From: Verrucomicrobiales bacterium
GTDB lineage: Bacteria; Verrucomicrobiota; Verrucomicrobiia; Limisphaerales; UBA1100
DNA length: 42,161 nt
Reading direction: 5' to 3'
Assembly: GCA_038139415.1 (NCBI GenBank)
Contig: JAYOSV010000002.1
Coordinates: 1-42,161, forward strand
Shown here: piece by piece, positions 27,616 to 36,630 of the stretch
Numbering within the stretch: the stretch's first letter is position 1
Layout of the letters: each line of letters opens with the position of its first letter
The notes under the pieces: model-generated
Seen by the model: only the letters and a program-made list of their open reading frames with translations
Databases searched by the model: none
Told to the model about the DNA's origin: nothing
Program-made: the position numbers and the translations under genes

Positions 27616-28439
27616 TAGCCGCGCAGGCCGACTTCGGCCATGAGTTTATCGGTGGAGGTGTAGGCTTCGGTGACCCATTCCACAATTTTGCTTGGATCTG
27701 GCGCGTACTCTAACTCGAGGCTGATGGCGCCGTCAAAGTCGAGATCCTTGATCGCCTGCAGATAGGGTTGGAAAGGCACCACGCCGTGACCGGGCGGCAG
27801 GTCGCCATGTACTTTGCCGTCGCAATCAGAAATATGCACGTGCCCGGCGCGACCCTTGAGGGCGGCGAGGCTTTCGGGCGGACTGTTGCTCAGTAGCATA
27901 TGGCTGATGTCTATATTGGCCTTCACGGCAGGGCGATCGACATCGGTCAGGTAACGGTCCATTTCGGCGATGGTGTTGACCAGAGACATGTGAAAGGGCT
28001 CGAGCTCGATGACAATTTCTAGATCGCGTTCCGCGGCGTAATCACCTAGCACCTGCACATTCTCCACGGCGAAGCGCCATTGTTCCTCGGGCGGGATGAC
28101 TTCCTTCTGCCAAATGTATTCGCCGATCACGAGAAGGTAATTCTTTGCCTCGAGCGTGGCGGCCATATCGAGATAGCGCTTGCAGCGTTCAACGTGAAAT
28201 TGCTGCACAGATGGATTGAAGTCCACTAGCCCTACGCTTACGCCCACCACGCTAATGATCGGCAACTGCAGCTCATCGCAGGTCTGCTTGACGGTGGCGA
28301 TGCGGTCATCCGCATTGTCATCGAGTGGATCCTGAAAAATATCCACGCAATCAAAGCCGAGTTCCTTGGTCTTATGCAGCCCGTCCACCAGCCCGATTCC
28401 GTGCTGTTCCCAGGCGGAGTTAATCATGCCTAATTTCAT
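27615..28439 (-). CDS. Sugar phosphate isomerase/epimerase (xylose-isomerase-like TIM barrel, ketose 3-epimerase family)
   Basis: Metal ligands ELEP, DISH, HVHISD, SLELE. Confidence 0.9.
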   Translation of the reverse strand: MKLGMINSAWEQHGIGLVDGLHKTKELGFDCVDIFQDPLDDNADDRIATVKQTCDELQLPIISVVGVSVGLVDFNPSVQQFHVERCKRYLDMAATLEAKNYLLVIGEYIWQKEVIPPEEQWRFAVENVQVLGDYAAERDLEIVIELEPFHMSLVNTIAEMDRYLTDVDRPAVKANIDISHMLLSNSPPESLAALKGRAGHVHISDCDGKVHGDLPPGHGVVPFQPYLQAIKDLDFDGAISLELEYAPDPSKIVEWVTEAYTSTDKLMAEVGLRG

Positions 28440-28440
28440 T

Positions 28441-29526
28441 TTATACTCCTGTGATTTCTTTCAGTTCAACGGCCCGATGTTGTTCGGCACTTAGATACGC
28501 TGCTTCCACTAGGGCCATGGTGTTTAAATTGTCCCCGCCGTCGATGGCCGGTTTGTCACCGGTTTCCAAGGCCACCAATAGCTGGGCCATGGTGCCGATA
28601 AAGGCGTCAGGAAACCAGCTTTCTTCCCACGTGGGCGCAGTGAAATTCGCGTCTCCTTTCGTGGCGTAGCGGATGGTTGAGGGCGTCGTGTAGGGATCCT
28701 GGCACCAGCCGATATCGCCGATGGCGAGACCGTCCATGCCCTCAATGCGCCATTCGATACCGATGTCCGCCGGGGCGCCTTCGCGGGCGGGGCCGGTCCA
28801 AGTGTCGTCAATGGCGATTGCTCGCAGGCCGTTTTCATATTCGAGTATGTAGCTGGCGATGCCGTCGGTGTGAGTGAAGTTGGTGCGCGGATCGGGGCGG
28901 GTGGAGCAATATATGCGCTCGGGATCGCCGAACCAATAGCGGAACATGTCCATATGATGAATGGACATGATGCGTAGGGTCACCCAGCCCTGACGTTCCT
29001 GCCAGGGCATCCAGTGTGGAATGCCGCGCATGTCGAGGGTGGCGAGCACGGGGTCGCCAAGAGTGCCGTTTTCGAGCAGTGTCTTGGCAGCGCGTACGGA
29101 TTGGTCGTAGCGCATGTTTTGGTTCACAGCTAAGACGATGCCGGCGTCTTTGCAGGCTTCGACAGCCTCGACGGCCTCGGCGTAATTGGACCCCAGCGGT
29201 TTCTGCGCGAGAATGCCTTTGACGGTACCGCGCGCGCAAGCGGCCTTGATAACCTCCAGTTGATTGTCCGGCGGTACGGCGAGATCGAGCACCTCAATGG
29301 ATTCGTCATCCATCAATTGATCGATGGAATCGTACACCGTGCCGATGCTGTGGCGCTCGGCGCAGGCGGCGGCATTGGCGGCCGTGCGGCTGGCGATGGC
29401 AGCGGGATTGAAGCCTGCCTTGCCATAGGCGACGAGATGGCAGTCGCTCATGATAAACCCGCTGCCGACGCAGCCGATGCGCCAATCTTTGCGTTCGGGG
29501 AGGGGGGGGTGGATGTTTAGATTCAT
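28441..29526 (-). CDS. Gfo/Idh/MocA family oxidoreductase
   Basis: GCVGSGFI, AQKPL, VNQNMRY, IHHMD..RYWFG. Confidence 0.9.
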   Translation of the reverse strand: MNLNIHPPLPERKDWRIGCVGSGFIMSDCHLVAYGKAGFNPAAIASRTAANAAACAERHSIGTVYDSIDQLMDDESIEVLDLAVPPDNQLEVIKAACARGTVKGILAQKPLGSNYAEAVEAVEACKDAGIVLAVNQNMRYDQSVRAAKTLLENGTLGDPVLATLDMRGIPHWMPWQERQGWVTLRIMSIHHMDMFRYWFGDPERIYCSTRPDPRTNFTHTDGIASYILEYENGLRAIAIDDTWTGPAREGAPADIGIEWRIEGMDGLAIGDIGWCQDPYTTPSTIRYATKGDANFTAPTWEESWFPDAFIGTMAQLLVALETGDKPAIDGGDNLNTMALVEAAYLSAEQHRAVELKEITGV

Positions 29527-30356
29527 GACAGGGATTTTTCGCCCGCGCCGGTGGTGGCGTCGGCGGCGGGGTCCCAGAAATCGGTTTTGCTTTCGAACAG
29601 TTTGGCGCCCAAATCCTTGATGGCGGAGTCGGGCAGTTTCTCGAGCGGCGCGTATCGCGGATGGTGGGATTCCTTGTAGGGATCGTTGTGCTTAGTGTTG
29701 TAGCAACAGATCAGAGACCAGCGCGGATCGGGCGAGGTGTTTTGGTCGGAGCGATGGAGGAGATTGCTGTGGAAGAAAAGTGTGTCACCCGGATCGAGTT
29801 CCACGTAGACAAGCTCCATGGTTTTGGTGGCTTCGTCGGTGCGCTCGGGGTCGGCGCCGGTTTGGTCGCCGTACCGACCGTGTTCGATACGGCCCATCTT
29901 GTGGGAGCCCTTCAGCACTTGCAGGCAGCCGTTGGCGCGGGTGTTGGGATCGACGGCGATGAAGGCCGAGCCCATGTCGGGAAAGAGACAGCCGTTTTGG
30001 TACCAGTAACCGTAGTCCTGATGCCAACTCCAGGCGCCGCCGGTGCGCGGCTGCTTGATGCTCATCTTACTGTGGTAATGATAGACCTCATCGCCGAGGA
30101 GCGCTTCCATGGCGTTAACGACGCGTTCGCTACGGGCGATGGCTCCCCAGAGATCTTCGCCGGCGGAATTCCATAGAACAAGCTGGGCTTTGCCACCTTC
30201 GCCGTCCTCGAGATCGTAGGCGTGGTCCTGAAAGGATTGATCGGCCTGCGCGGCGGCGCGAAGGATGCCCGCTTCCTCGGAATCAAAGAGGCCGCGTAGA
30301 ATGAGGTAACCGTCCTCCTGAAAGGACGTGATTTGATCGGCGGAAACCGAAGGCAT
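29523..30356 (-). CDS. PhyH-family Fe(II)/2-oxoglutarate dioxygenase
   Basis: FQEDGYL, WHQDYGYW, NGCL..GSHK, PGD..FFH..LHRS..N...R. Start reassigned to MPSVSAD. Confidence 0.9.
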   Translation of the reverse strand: MPSVSADQITSFQEDGYLILRGLFDSEEAGILRAAAQADQSFQDHAYDLEDGEGGKAQLVLWNSAGEDLWGAIARSERVVNAMEALLGDEVYHYHSKMSIKQPRTGGAWSWHQDYGYWYQNGCLFPDMGSAFIAVDPNTRANGCLQVLKGSHKMGRIEHGRYGDQTGADPERTDEATKTMELVYVELDPGDTLFFHSNLLHRSDQNTSPDPRWSLICCYNTKHNDPYKESHHPRYAPLEKLPDSAIKDLGAKLFESKTDFWDPAADATTGAGEKSLS

Positions 30357-30387
30357 GAGCCCACGATGCCGAGCGGGCCGTCGACTG

Positions 30388-31680
30388 TCAATCGTCCTTG
30401 CCACCGGCCCAGTCGGGGCGTTGGCGCAGGTGATATAAACGCTCGCCGGCTTTGCGTTCCAAGTAGACTCCTTCGTCCTCACGATCGGCGTAATCCTCGA
30501 TATTGATCGTACGATGATCGACATAGCCGAGGTTGATCTGCTGGCACACTTCCTTGGGAATCCCGGTGGCCAGCGTGACGGTGGCGCGTGGATGCTCGTT
30601 GCCGTCGTCGTCCACAGTGCCGATGCCCTTTACATGTCCGCTATGCGCGAGCAGTCCCCATGGAAAATCCTTAAAGCGATCCCAGTGATGCAGGAGATAG
30701 GCGGAGCAGTGGTAGCCGATTTGTTTGATGATGTCGCCGTGCGAAAAGCTCACCTCGGTAATATGCGGCGCGTAGATGATCAGCTCGCCGCCATCGGCCA
30801 GCACCGGCTCGAGTTTGTACATGCATTTGCCACCGACCCAGAGATCGTCATACATCTTTGGCGCACAGGAAACGATGGTGTGAAACGGGCGCGACTTGTA
30901 GGTGATGTGCTCCTTGGCGGAGAGATCGCCGGCGGCATCCCAGGCGCCTTCAGGGGTGCCGAAGAACAGGCCTGCGAGCGATTTGTCCGGACGTACCACC
31001 ATACAGAAGCAGGTCTTCTCGATATCCACCATCGCGGCCGCGTGATCCACCACTTTACGCACGGGCGTCCATTTGCTGCCGATGATCATCGGATTGGTCA
31101 CCACCGCGCCGAGCCAGTGGAAAAAGTTTAGCACGTCGGGGCCACTGATGCCGGGGAAGAGATATTTGTTGCCGCCGGAAAAGCCCACGACCTCATGAGG
31201 AAACACCGGACCGAGGATCATCGCCTGATCGTAGTCGTAAATCGTCTTGTTGATTTCCACCGGGACCTCCATCTCAAACCGGCCACCGGACAATTCGCCG
31301 ATGGTGGCGGCGGGAATGGTGCCGATGTTGCGGAGCATCTCGGGGTTGTCCCACTCGTGATTGTGAAACACCACGTTCGCGTACTGGCCGCGGCGTTCAT
31401 CGAGCGTGATCTCCAGCCGTTCACAAATCGCCTCCTCGCTCATGGCGTGATGCGTGCCGAGCGCAATCATCACATCCAGCTTGGCCGCACTCGCGCCAAT
31501 CTGCGCATGAATGGCCTTGAAGAGCTGGCCCACTGGAGCGGTGCGCGTGTGGTCCGGTACAATCAGCAATACCTTCTTGCCGGTGTATTCGGCTGCAGGC
31601 AGTGCTTCGACCACAAGTGAATTGACCTGTTCACCGGTCAGGGGGGCGTCGGCGGTTGCGGTTTGGGACAGGGTGTTCAT
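30388..31680 (-). CDS. LarA-family nickel-pincer-dependent hydroxyacid racemase/epimerase
   Basis: PDHTR, ALGTH, PHEVVGFSGGNK, FFHW, GGK. Start reassigned to MNTLSQ. Confidence 0.85.
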   Translation of the reverse strand: MNTLSQTATADAPLTGEQVNSLVVEALPAAEYTGKKVLLIVPDHTRTAPVGQLFKAIHAQIGASAAKLDVMIALGTHHAMSEEAICERLEITLDERRGQYANVVFHNHEWDNPEMLRNIGTIPAATIGELSGGRFEMEVPVEINKTIYDYDQAMILGPVFPHEVVGFSGGNKYLFPGISGPDVLNFFHWLGAVVTNPMIIGSKWTPVRKVVDHAAAMVDIEKTCFCMVVRPDKSLAGLFFGTPEGAWDAAGDLSAKEHITYKSRPFHTIVSCAPKMYDDLWVGGKCMYKLEPVLADGGELIIYAPHITEVSFSHGDIIKQIGYHCSAYLLHHWDRFKDFPWGLLAHSGHVKGIGTVDDDGNEHPRATVTLATGIPKEVCQQINLGYVDHRTINIEDYADREDEGVYLERKAGERLYHLRQRPDWAGGKDD

Positions 31681-31714
31681 GTTAATCTCACGCAGAGCCG
31701 CGGTGGCAAGTTGG

Positions 31715-32521
31715 TTAAATGGTTTGCGACAGAAATCCTCCATCCACGACAATGTCAGATCCAGTCACAAAGCTGGCGGCCTTTTCACTGGCGAGATACA
31801 CCGCGGCTCCGGCGAGTTCGCTGGGATCGCCGAAACGGTTCATTGGAGTATGGCCGAAGATCGCCTTGGCGCGGTCGCTCGGCGTGCCGTCTTCGTTGTA
31901 GAGAAGTTTCTTGTTTTGTTCGGCGGGAAAAAAGCCGGGCGTGATGCTGTTCACACGCACGCCGGTGGTCGCCCATTCGCGGGCAAGGAATTGGGTGGCG
32001 CTCAACACGGCCGCCTTGGAGGCGGAATAGGCGATCACCTTTGAGAGCGGTAGATGCGAGGTGACGCTGGCAATGTTGATAATGCTGCCCTTGCCGCGCT
32101 TGCACATGGCCGGGCCAAATTCCTGACAGGGCAACAGCAGCCCGCCGACGAGGTTCAGATCAAACACCTTCGCCCAAGCGGGCAGGGGGATGTTTTCAAA
32201 CGGCATCTCCGGCGTGACGGTGGCATCGGGATCATTGCCGCCGGCAGCATTGAGCAATACCGACGGTGCGCCGAGCGTCTCGGTCACTGCCTCGTGGCAG
32301 GTCTTGAGACTGTCCGGATTCATGGCGTCGCAGGTGAAAAATTGTGCGGTTCCGCCGGCTTCGGTGATTTCCTGAACGCGTGCCTCACCGCGCTCGGCGC
32401 TCCGGCCCACCACGGCAATTTTCGCCCCAGCCTCAGCCATTGCCACGGCACAAGCCCCGCCGAGGGCGCCGGTGGCGCCGATCACCACAGCTACTTCATC
32501 GGTTAGATCAAATAAACTCAT
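31715..32521 (-). CDS. SDR oxidoreductase (D-mannonate oxidoreductase/gluconate dehydrogenase-like)
   Basis: GATGALG, NAAGGN, YSASK, PGFFPAEQN, HTPMNRFG, VDGGF. Confidence 0.85.
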   Translation of the reverse strand: MSLFDLTDEVAVVIGATGALGGACAVAMAEAGAKIAVVGRSAERGEARVQEITEAGGTAQFFTCDAMNPDSLKTCHEAVTETLGAPSVLLNAAGGNDPDATVTPEMPFENIPLPAWAKVFDLNLVGGLLLPCQEFGPAMCKRGKGSIINIASVTSHLPLSKVIAYSASKAAVLSATQFLAREWATTGVRVNSITPGFFPAEQNKKLLYNEDGTPSDRAKAIFGHTPMNRFGDPSELAGAAVYLASEKAASFVTGSDIVVDGGFLSQTI

Positions 32522-32606
32522 GAACGGGCGACCTTGCCCGATGGGTTTGAGGGCGAAAAGAAAATAACGGTTGGCGACAGGGCGCGCGGCCGTTAGCTTG
32601 CCGCCG

Positions 32607-33527
32607 ATGAGCGATTTGCCCCAACCGGAGGTGGTGATTACCCATGAGAGCGATCTGGACGGCTTTGTGTCCGGTCACCTGCTGCAGCGGCTGGCGAACC
32701 ACCTGTTCGGAGGCCCCACAAAATTGCAGGCTTGGAACTACACTAACTTTGAGAAACGCCCACTGCGCGAGGATTGTGCGTGGGTGTGTGATCTGAATTT
32801 TTGCAAACGTATGGATCGCGACAACTGGCTGATCGTCGATCATCACCGCACCGATCATCAGCCGCAAAATGCGCGGTTGATTTTGAATCACGACAAGTCA
32901 GCGAGTCTGCTTTCCTATGAGCTGTGCAAGGAGCACGGTCTTGGCAATGAGACGCTTGACCGGCTCGTGCACTACTCCAATGTGGGCGACCTGTATCTCA
33001 CCGACGATCCGGAGTTCACCGAGGCCATCGATTATGGCAGTCTCATCAAGCAGTACATGTTTTGGAATATCGCCAAGCTTATCGATGGCGATTTGGAGTC
33101 GTTGGTGGATCACCCGCTGCTGAAGGTTATTCGAACGCGGCGCGAAGTGGAAAACCCGATCGGCTTTGAATACGCAAAGGCGAATCTCAAACCACTCTCG
33201 GACACCGTAGCCATGGTGGAATCACCCATTGGCGATACCAACGCCGTGGTTCATCGCGTTCTCGAAGAAGCACTTACCCCACATCCAGTGATCCTCACTG
33301 CCAGTACGTTCAACCGGTCTGTGAGCGTGAGTCTGCGCAGCCGCAATGGTGAAGCTCTGCCGATCGCGAAGCTCCTGCAAGGCGGAGGCCATCCCAATGC
33401 CTGCGGAGCTGGCCTGCCCAAGCACATCCAGCGCATTCCGGACGCCGTGGAGTATCTTAAGAAAACCCTAAACCCCAAACCGGGCGGGGACGGGCTTACT
33501 AATCTCGGCGATTTGCTAGATGGCTAG
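32607..33527 (+). CDS. DHH/DHHA1 family phosphoesterase
   Basis: HESDLDG, VCDL, VDHH, SLRS, GGGHPNACG; start likely ATG 32607. Confidence 0.9.
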   Translation: MSDLPQPEVVITHESDLDGFVSGHLLQRLANHLFGGPTKLQAWNYTNFEKRPLREDCAWVCDLNFCKRMDRDNWLIVDHHRTDHQPQNARLILNHDKSASLLSYELCKEHGLGNETLDRLVHYSNVGDLYLTDDPEFTEAIDYGSLIKQYMFWNIAKLIDGDLESLVDHPLLKVIRTRREVENPIGFEYAKANLKPLSDTVAMVESPIGDTNAVVHRVLEEALTPHPVILTASTFNRSVSVSLRSRNGEALPIAKLLQGGGHPNACGAGLPKHIQRIPDAVEYLKKTLNPKPGGDGLTNLGDLLDG

Positions 33528-34157
33528 TTAGCGCTCCAGCCACGCTTTCAGTTTGCGCAGGGCCGCCGCGCGGTGGCTGAGCATGCCCTTGATCTCCGCG
33601 CCGAGCGTCCCGAAGGTGTCCACAAAATTTTCCGGCACAAACAGCGGGTCATAGCCGAATCCTTCACTCCCGGCGGGTGCCTCGGCGATGTGACCTTCGC
33701 AGGCGCCTTCGAATAGTTCTGGTTGTCCATACGCTCCTGCGCGAGCTAATGCCAAAACGCATCGAAAACGCGCTGTGCGTTGATGTTCTGGTTCGCCGTC
33801 AAGCGCGGTCAGCAGTTTGGCGTTGTTGGCTTCATCGGGGCTGTTGCCATCAGTGGTGCCGCTGGCGTAGCGGGCGCTTCGCACGCCGGGTGCGCCGTCT
33901 AGCGCGTCCACCTCTAGCCCGGAATCATCGGCTAATACCCAGCCTTCGGTGAAGTCTTCGTTATGCTTAAGCCAATCGACCAGCGACAATGCTTTCTTCA
34001 CAGCATTACCGGCAAATGTGGCGGCGTCTTCCTCGACTTCAGGCGCGTCGGGATAGTCCTTAAGTGTTCGACACTCGAAGTCGTCGCCGAGTAGCGCCTG
34101 TATTTCTTCCGCCTTGTGGGTGTTGCCACTGGCGATGACAATGCGCGTGGGCATCAA
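33528..34157 (-). CDS. rdgB: Non-canonical purine NTP pyrophosphatase (RdgB/HAM1)
   Basis: ASGNTHK, ADDSGLEVDALDGAPGVRSARY, GFGYDPLF, SHR. Confidence 0.95.
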   Translation of the reverse strand: MMPTRIVIASGNTHKAEEIQALLGDDFECRTLKDYPDAPEVEEDAATFAGNAVKKALSLVDWLKHNEDFTEGWVLADDSGLEVDALDGAPGVRSARYASGTTDGNSPDEANNAKLLTALDGEPEHQRTARFRCVLALARAGAYGQPELFEGACEGHIAEAPAGSEGFGYDPLFVPENFVDTFGTLGAEIKGMLSHRAAALRKLKAWLER

Positions 34158-35176
34158 CCTTTGGTCACGCCGTTGAGCAGATCTTTTATGCCGCCCAATG
34201 ACCCAAGCACGCCGGTGGCCTCATATGGTACATACACGACCTTATTGTCCTTACCAGAAGTCATTTCCTTAAGACTTTCAAGGTAACGTACGGCCACGAG
34301 ATATTGGGCGGGGTCAGTGCCGGTGGCTGAGAGGCCTTCCTGAATCTGTTGGATGGCGTTACGTTCTGCTTCTGCCACGCGAATACGGGCCTGTGCTTCG
34401 CCATCGGCTTCTAGAATTGCAGCTTCGCGTTCACCTTCAGCACGTTTAATTTGAGACTCGCGAATACCTTCGGCCTCAAGAATTGCGGATTTCTTTTCGC
34501 CCTCCGCCATGAGAATGGCGGCCCGTCGGTCACGCTCGGCGCGCATTTGTTTCTCCATCGCCTGCTGAATGTCGTGCGGCGGGGTGATGTCTTTGAGTTC
34601 CACGCGGTTGACTTTCACACCCCATTTGTCAGTGGCTTCGTCCATGACTTGGCCAAGTTCGCTATTAATCTTGTCGCGCGAGGTGAGGCATTCGTCGAGG
34701 TCCAGTTTGCCGACGACATTCCGGAGGCTGGTTTTGCAAAGCTTCTCGATTGCGTCGGGCAGGTTGGCAATCTCATAGACCGCGGCGTGAGTATTGGTGA
34801 TTTGGAAGTACAGCATGGCATCGATCTCGATGGTCACGTTGTCTTTGGTGATCACATTTTGCTTTGCAAAATCGAAGACTTGTTCGCGCAGATCAATGGT
34901 TGTCCGTTCGGCGGTTATTACGTACTCAATGCCACTGACATCTGTTTTTTTGTAGCGCCAGAAGATCGGGCGGGGTCGGTCCATCACGGGGATGATGAAG
35001 TTAATGCCGCTCGTCAGGGTGCCCTTGTAGGAGCCAAAGCGTTCAATCACCATGGATTCCTGCTCTTTCACAATTTTAACACAGCTGACGATAGCGGCAA
35101 CGACCACGAGGGCAAAAAATGCGGCTATCGCAGTTCCAAACATATTGCCGAACATTGGAGTAATAATATTTTCCAT
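34154..35176 (-). CDS. SPFH/band 7 (stomatin, QmcA-like) protein
   Basis: N-terminal TM, VITKDNV, WGVKVNRVEL, AMEKQMRAER. Confidence 0.95.
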   Translation of the reverse strand: MENIITPMFGNMFGTAIAAFFALVVVAAIVSCVKIVKEQESMVIERFGSYKGTLTSGINFIIPVMDRPRPIFWRYKKTDVSGIEYVITAERTTIDLREQVFDFAKQNVITKDNVTIEIDAMLYFQITNTHAAVYEIANLPDAIEKLCKTSLRNVVGKLDLDECLTSRDKINSELGQVMDEATDKWGVKVNRVELKDITPPHDIQQAMEKQMRAERDRRAAILMAEGEKKSAILEAEGIRESQIKRAEGEREAAILEADGEAQARIRVAEAERNAIQQIQEGLSATGTDPAQYLVAVRYLESLKEMTSGKDNKVVYVPYEATGVLGSLGGIKDLLNGVTKG

Positions 35177-35179
35177 TAT

Positions 35180-35620
35180 TTAGGGGTTTTCACTAATGCT
35201 TACCACGGCCTTACTGCCTTCCACTCGGAGGACGGTGACCCGTGAACCTTCTTCGATAACGATATTTTTGTCTGATATAGCGCGCCAGGATTCACCGCCG
35301 ATTTTAACCCGACCCTGACCGGAATTGGAATCGATGGTCTCGGTTATGGTTCCCGGCTGGCCTTCGTAACGTTCCACGCCGGACTCCAATTCCTTATTGG
35401 GGTTGACCATTAATTTCTTCCATAGTGGGCGAACGATCAAGAGAAGTAGTAAGGAGCTGGTACCGAATGAAACTAGTTGCCAAGAAGTGGAAAAACCGGC
35501 TTTGGCCATTACAGCGGCGATCAGGCACCCCAAGCCGATTGGGCCGGCAAAGAAGCTGGCGGAAAATATTTCCGCTAGGATTAATGCTGCCGCAATGATG
35601 ATCCAAATTAACCAATCCAT
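35180..35620 (-). CDS. NfeD family (YbbJ-like) protein
   Basis: Three TMs plus OB-fold GRVKIGGESWRA; adjacent to the SPFH gene. Confidence 0.9.
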   Translation of the reverse strand: MDWLIWIIIAAALILAEIFSASFFAGPIGLGCLIAAVMAKAGFSTSWQLVSFGTSSLLLLLIVRPLWKKLMVNPNKELESGVERYEGQPGTITETIDSNSGQGRVKIGGESWRAISDKNIVIEEGSRVTVLRVEGSKAVVSISENP

Positions 35621-35657
35621 TTGTTTATAATTTCATTTAATGCCGCCTTGGTGTCAA

Positions 35658-36512
35658 TCAGGGGTTATGCCGGTTGAGCTTCACGGGTTTCTCGGCATTT
35701 CTTCGCATTTTTAGGTTCAACAATTCCACCCCCACTGCGAAGGCCATGGCAAAGTAGATGTAGCCTTTTGGAATGTGAAAGCCCATCCCTTCGCCGAGCA
35801 AAGCTGTGCCAACCAAGATCAGGAAGCTCAAGGCGAGCATTTTGATGGTGGGGTTGTTCTCGACAAATTCGCCGATGGCCTGCGCACACAGCATCATGAC
35901 ACCTACGGCAATGACAATGGCGATGACCATCACCGGGATATGCTTGGCCATGCCCACGGCGGTGATCACGGAGTCCAGTGAGAAGACCAGATCGAGCACG
36001 GCAATTTGGGCCAGCACCGCGCCGTATGTCGCCACCTTGGTGGATTGTTCCTCTTCGCGGTTGCCGGAGAGGGAGTGGTGAATTTCCTGCGTGGATTTCC
36101 AAATGAGGAAGAGACCGCCTAATAGGAGGATGATGTCTCGCCACGAAATGAGTTGCCAACTGATTTCTTGAGCTGCTTGGAACTTTTCAAGCTCAGCAGG
36201 GTCGGTTGTTTCGTGGATGAGATCCTCGTTAATGATCAGCTTTTCAGCAATGGGCTGCAATTCAGGATCCACACTGCCAATGGTGAACAGGGTGTTTTGT
36301 GCGTTCATCACCCAGCTGATCGACAACAGCAGCAAAATGCGCAGGACCATGGCCAGAGCGAGACCGGTGAGGCGGGCTTTCTTTTGCTGATGCTGGGGCA
36401 GCCGGTCAACGAGAATGCTAATAAAGATGATGTTGTCGATGCCCAGCACAATCTCCAGCACGGTGAGTGTGAACAAGGCAATCCAAGCCTCAGGTGATGC
36501 AATCCATTCCAT
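35658..36512 (-). CDS. TerC family membrane protein
   Basis: LEIVLGIDN, DLVFSLDSVITAVG, PKGYIYFAMAF. Confidence 0.95.
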   Translation of the reverse strand: MEWIASPEAWIALFTLTVLEIVLGIDNIIFISILVDRLPQHQQKKARLTGLALAMVLRILLLLSISWVMNAQNTLFTIGSVDPELQPIAEKLIINEDLIHETTDPAELEKFQAAQEISWQLISWRDIILLLGGLFLIWKSTQEIHHSLSGNREEEQSTKVATYGAVLAQIAVLDLVFSLDSVITAVGMAKHIPVMVIAIVIAVGVMMLCAQAIGEFVENNPTIKMLALSFLILVGTALLGEGMGFHIPKGYIYFAMAFAVGVELLNLKMRRNAEKPVKLNRHNP

Positions 36513-36630
36513 GACAAGTATCCTTGGCGTCGGGAGGGTGATTTTGAGAGGGAATCAAAAAACGGCAATGAAGGGTTACTGACAATCCGCCATTGCAGCG
36601 GGCGACGGTTTTCACCATTATCCCCGCCCC

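Noticed and set aside
34451..35245. 264-aa plus-strand ORF
   Set aside because: Antisense to the SPFH gene.
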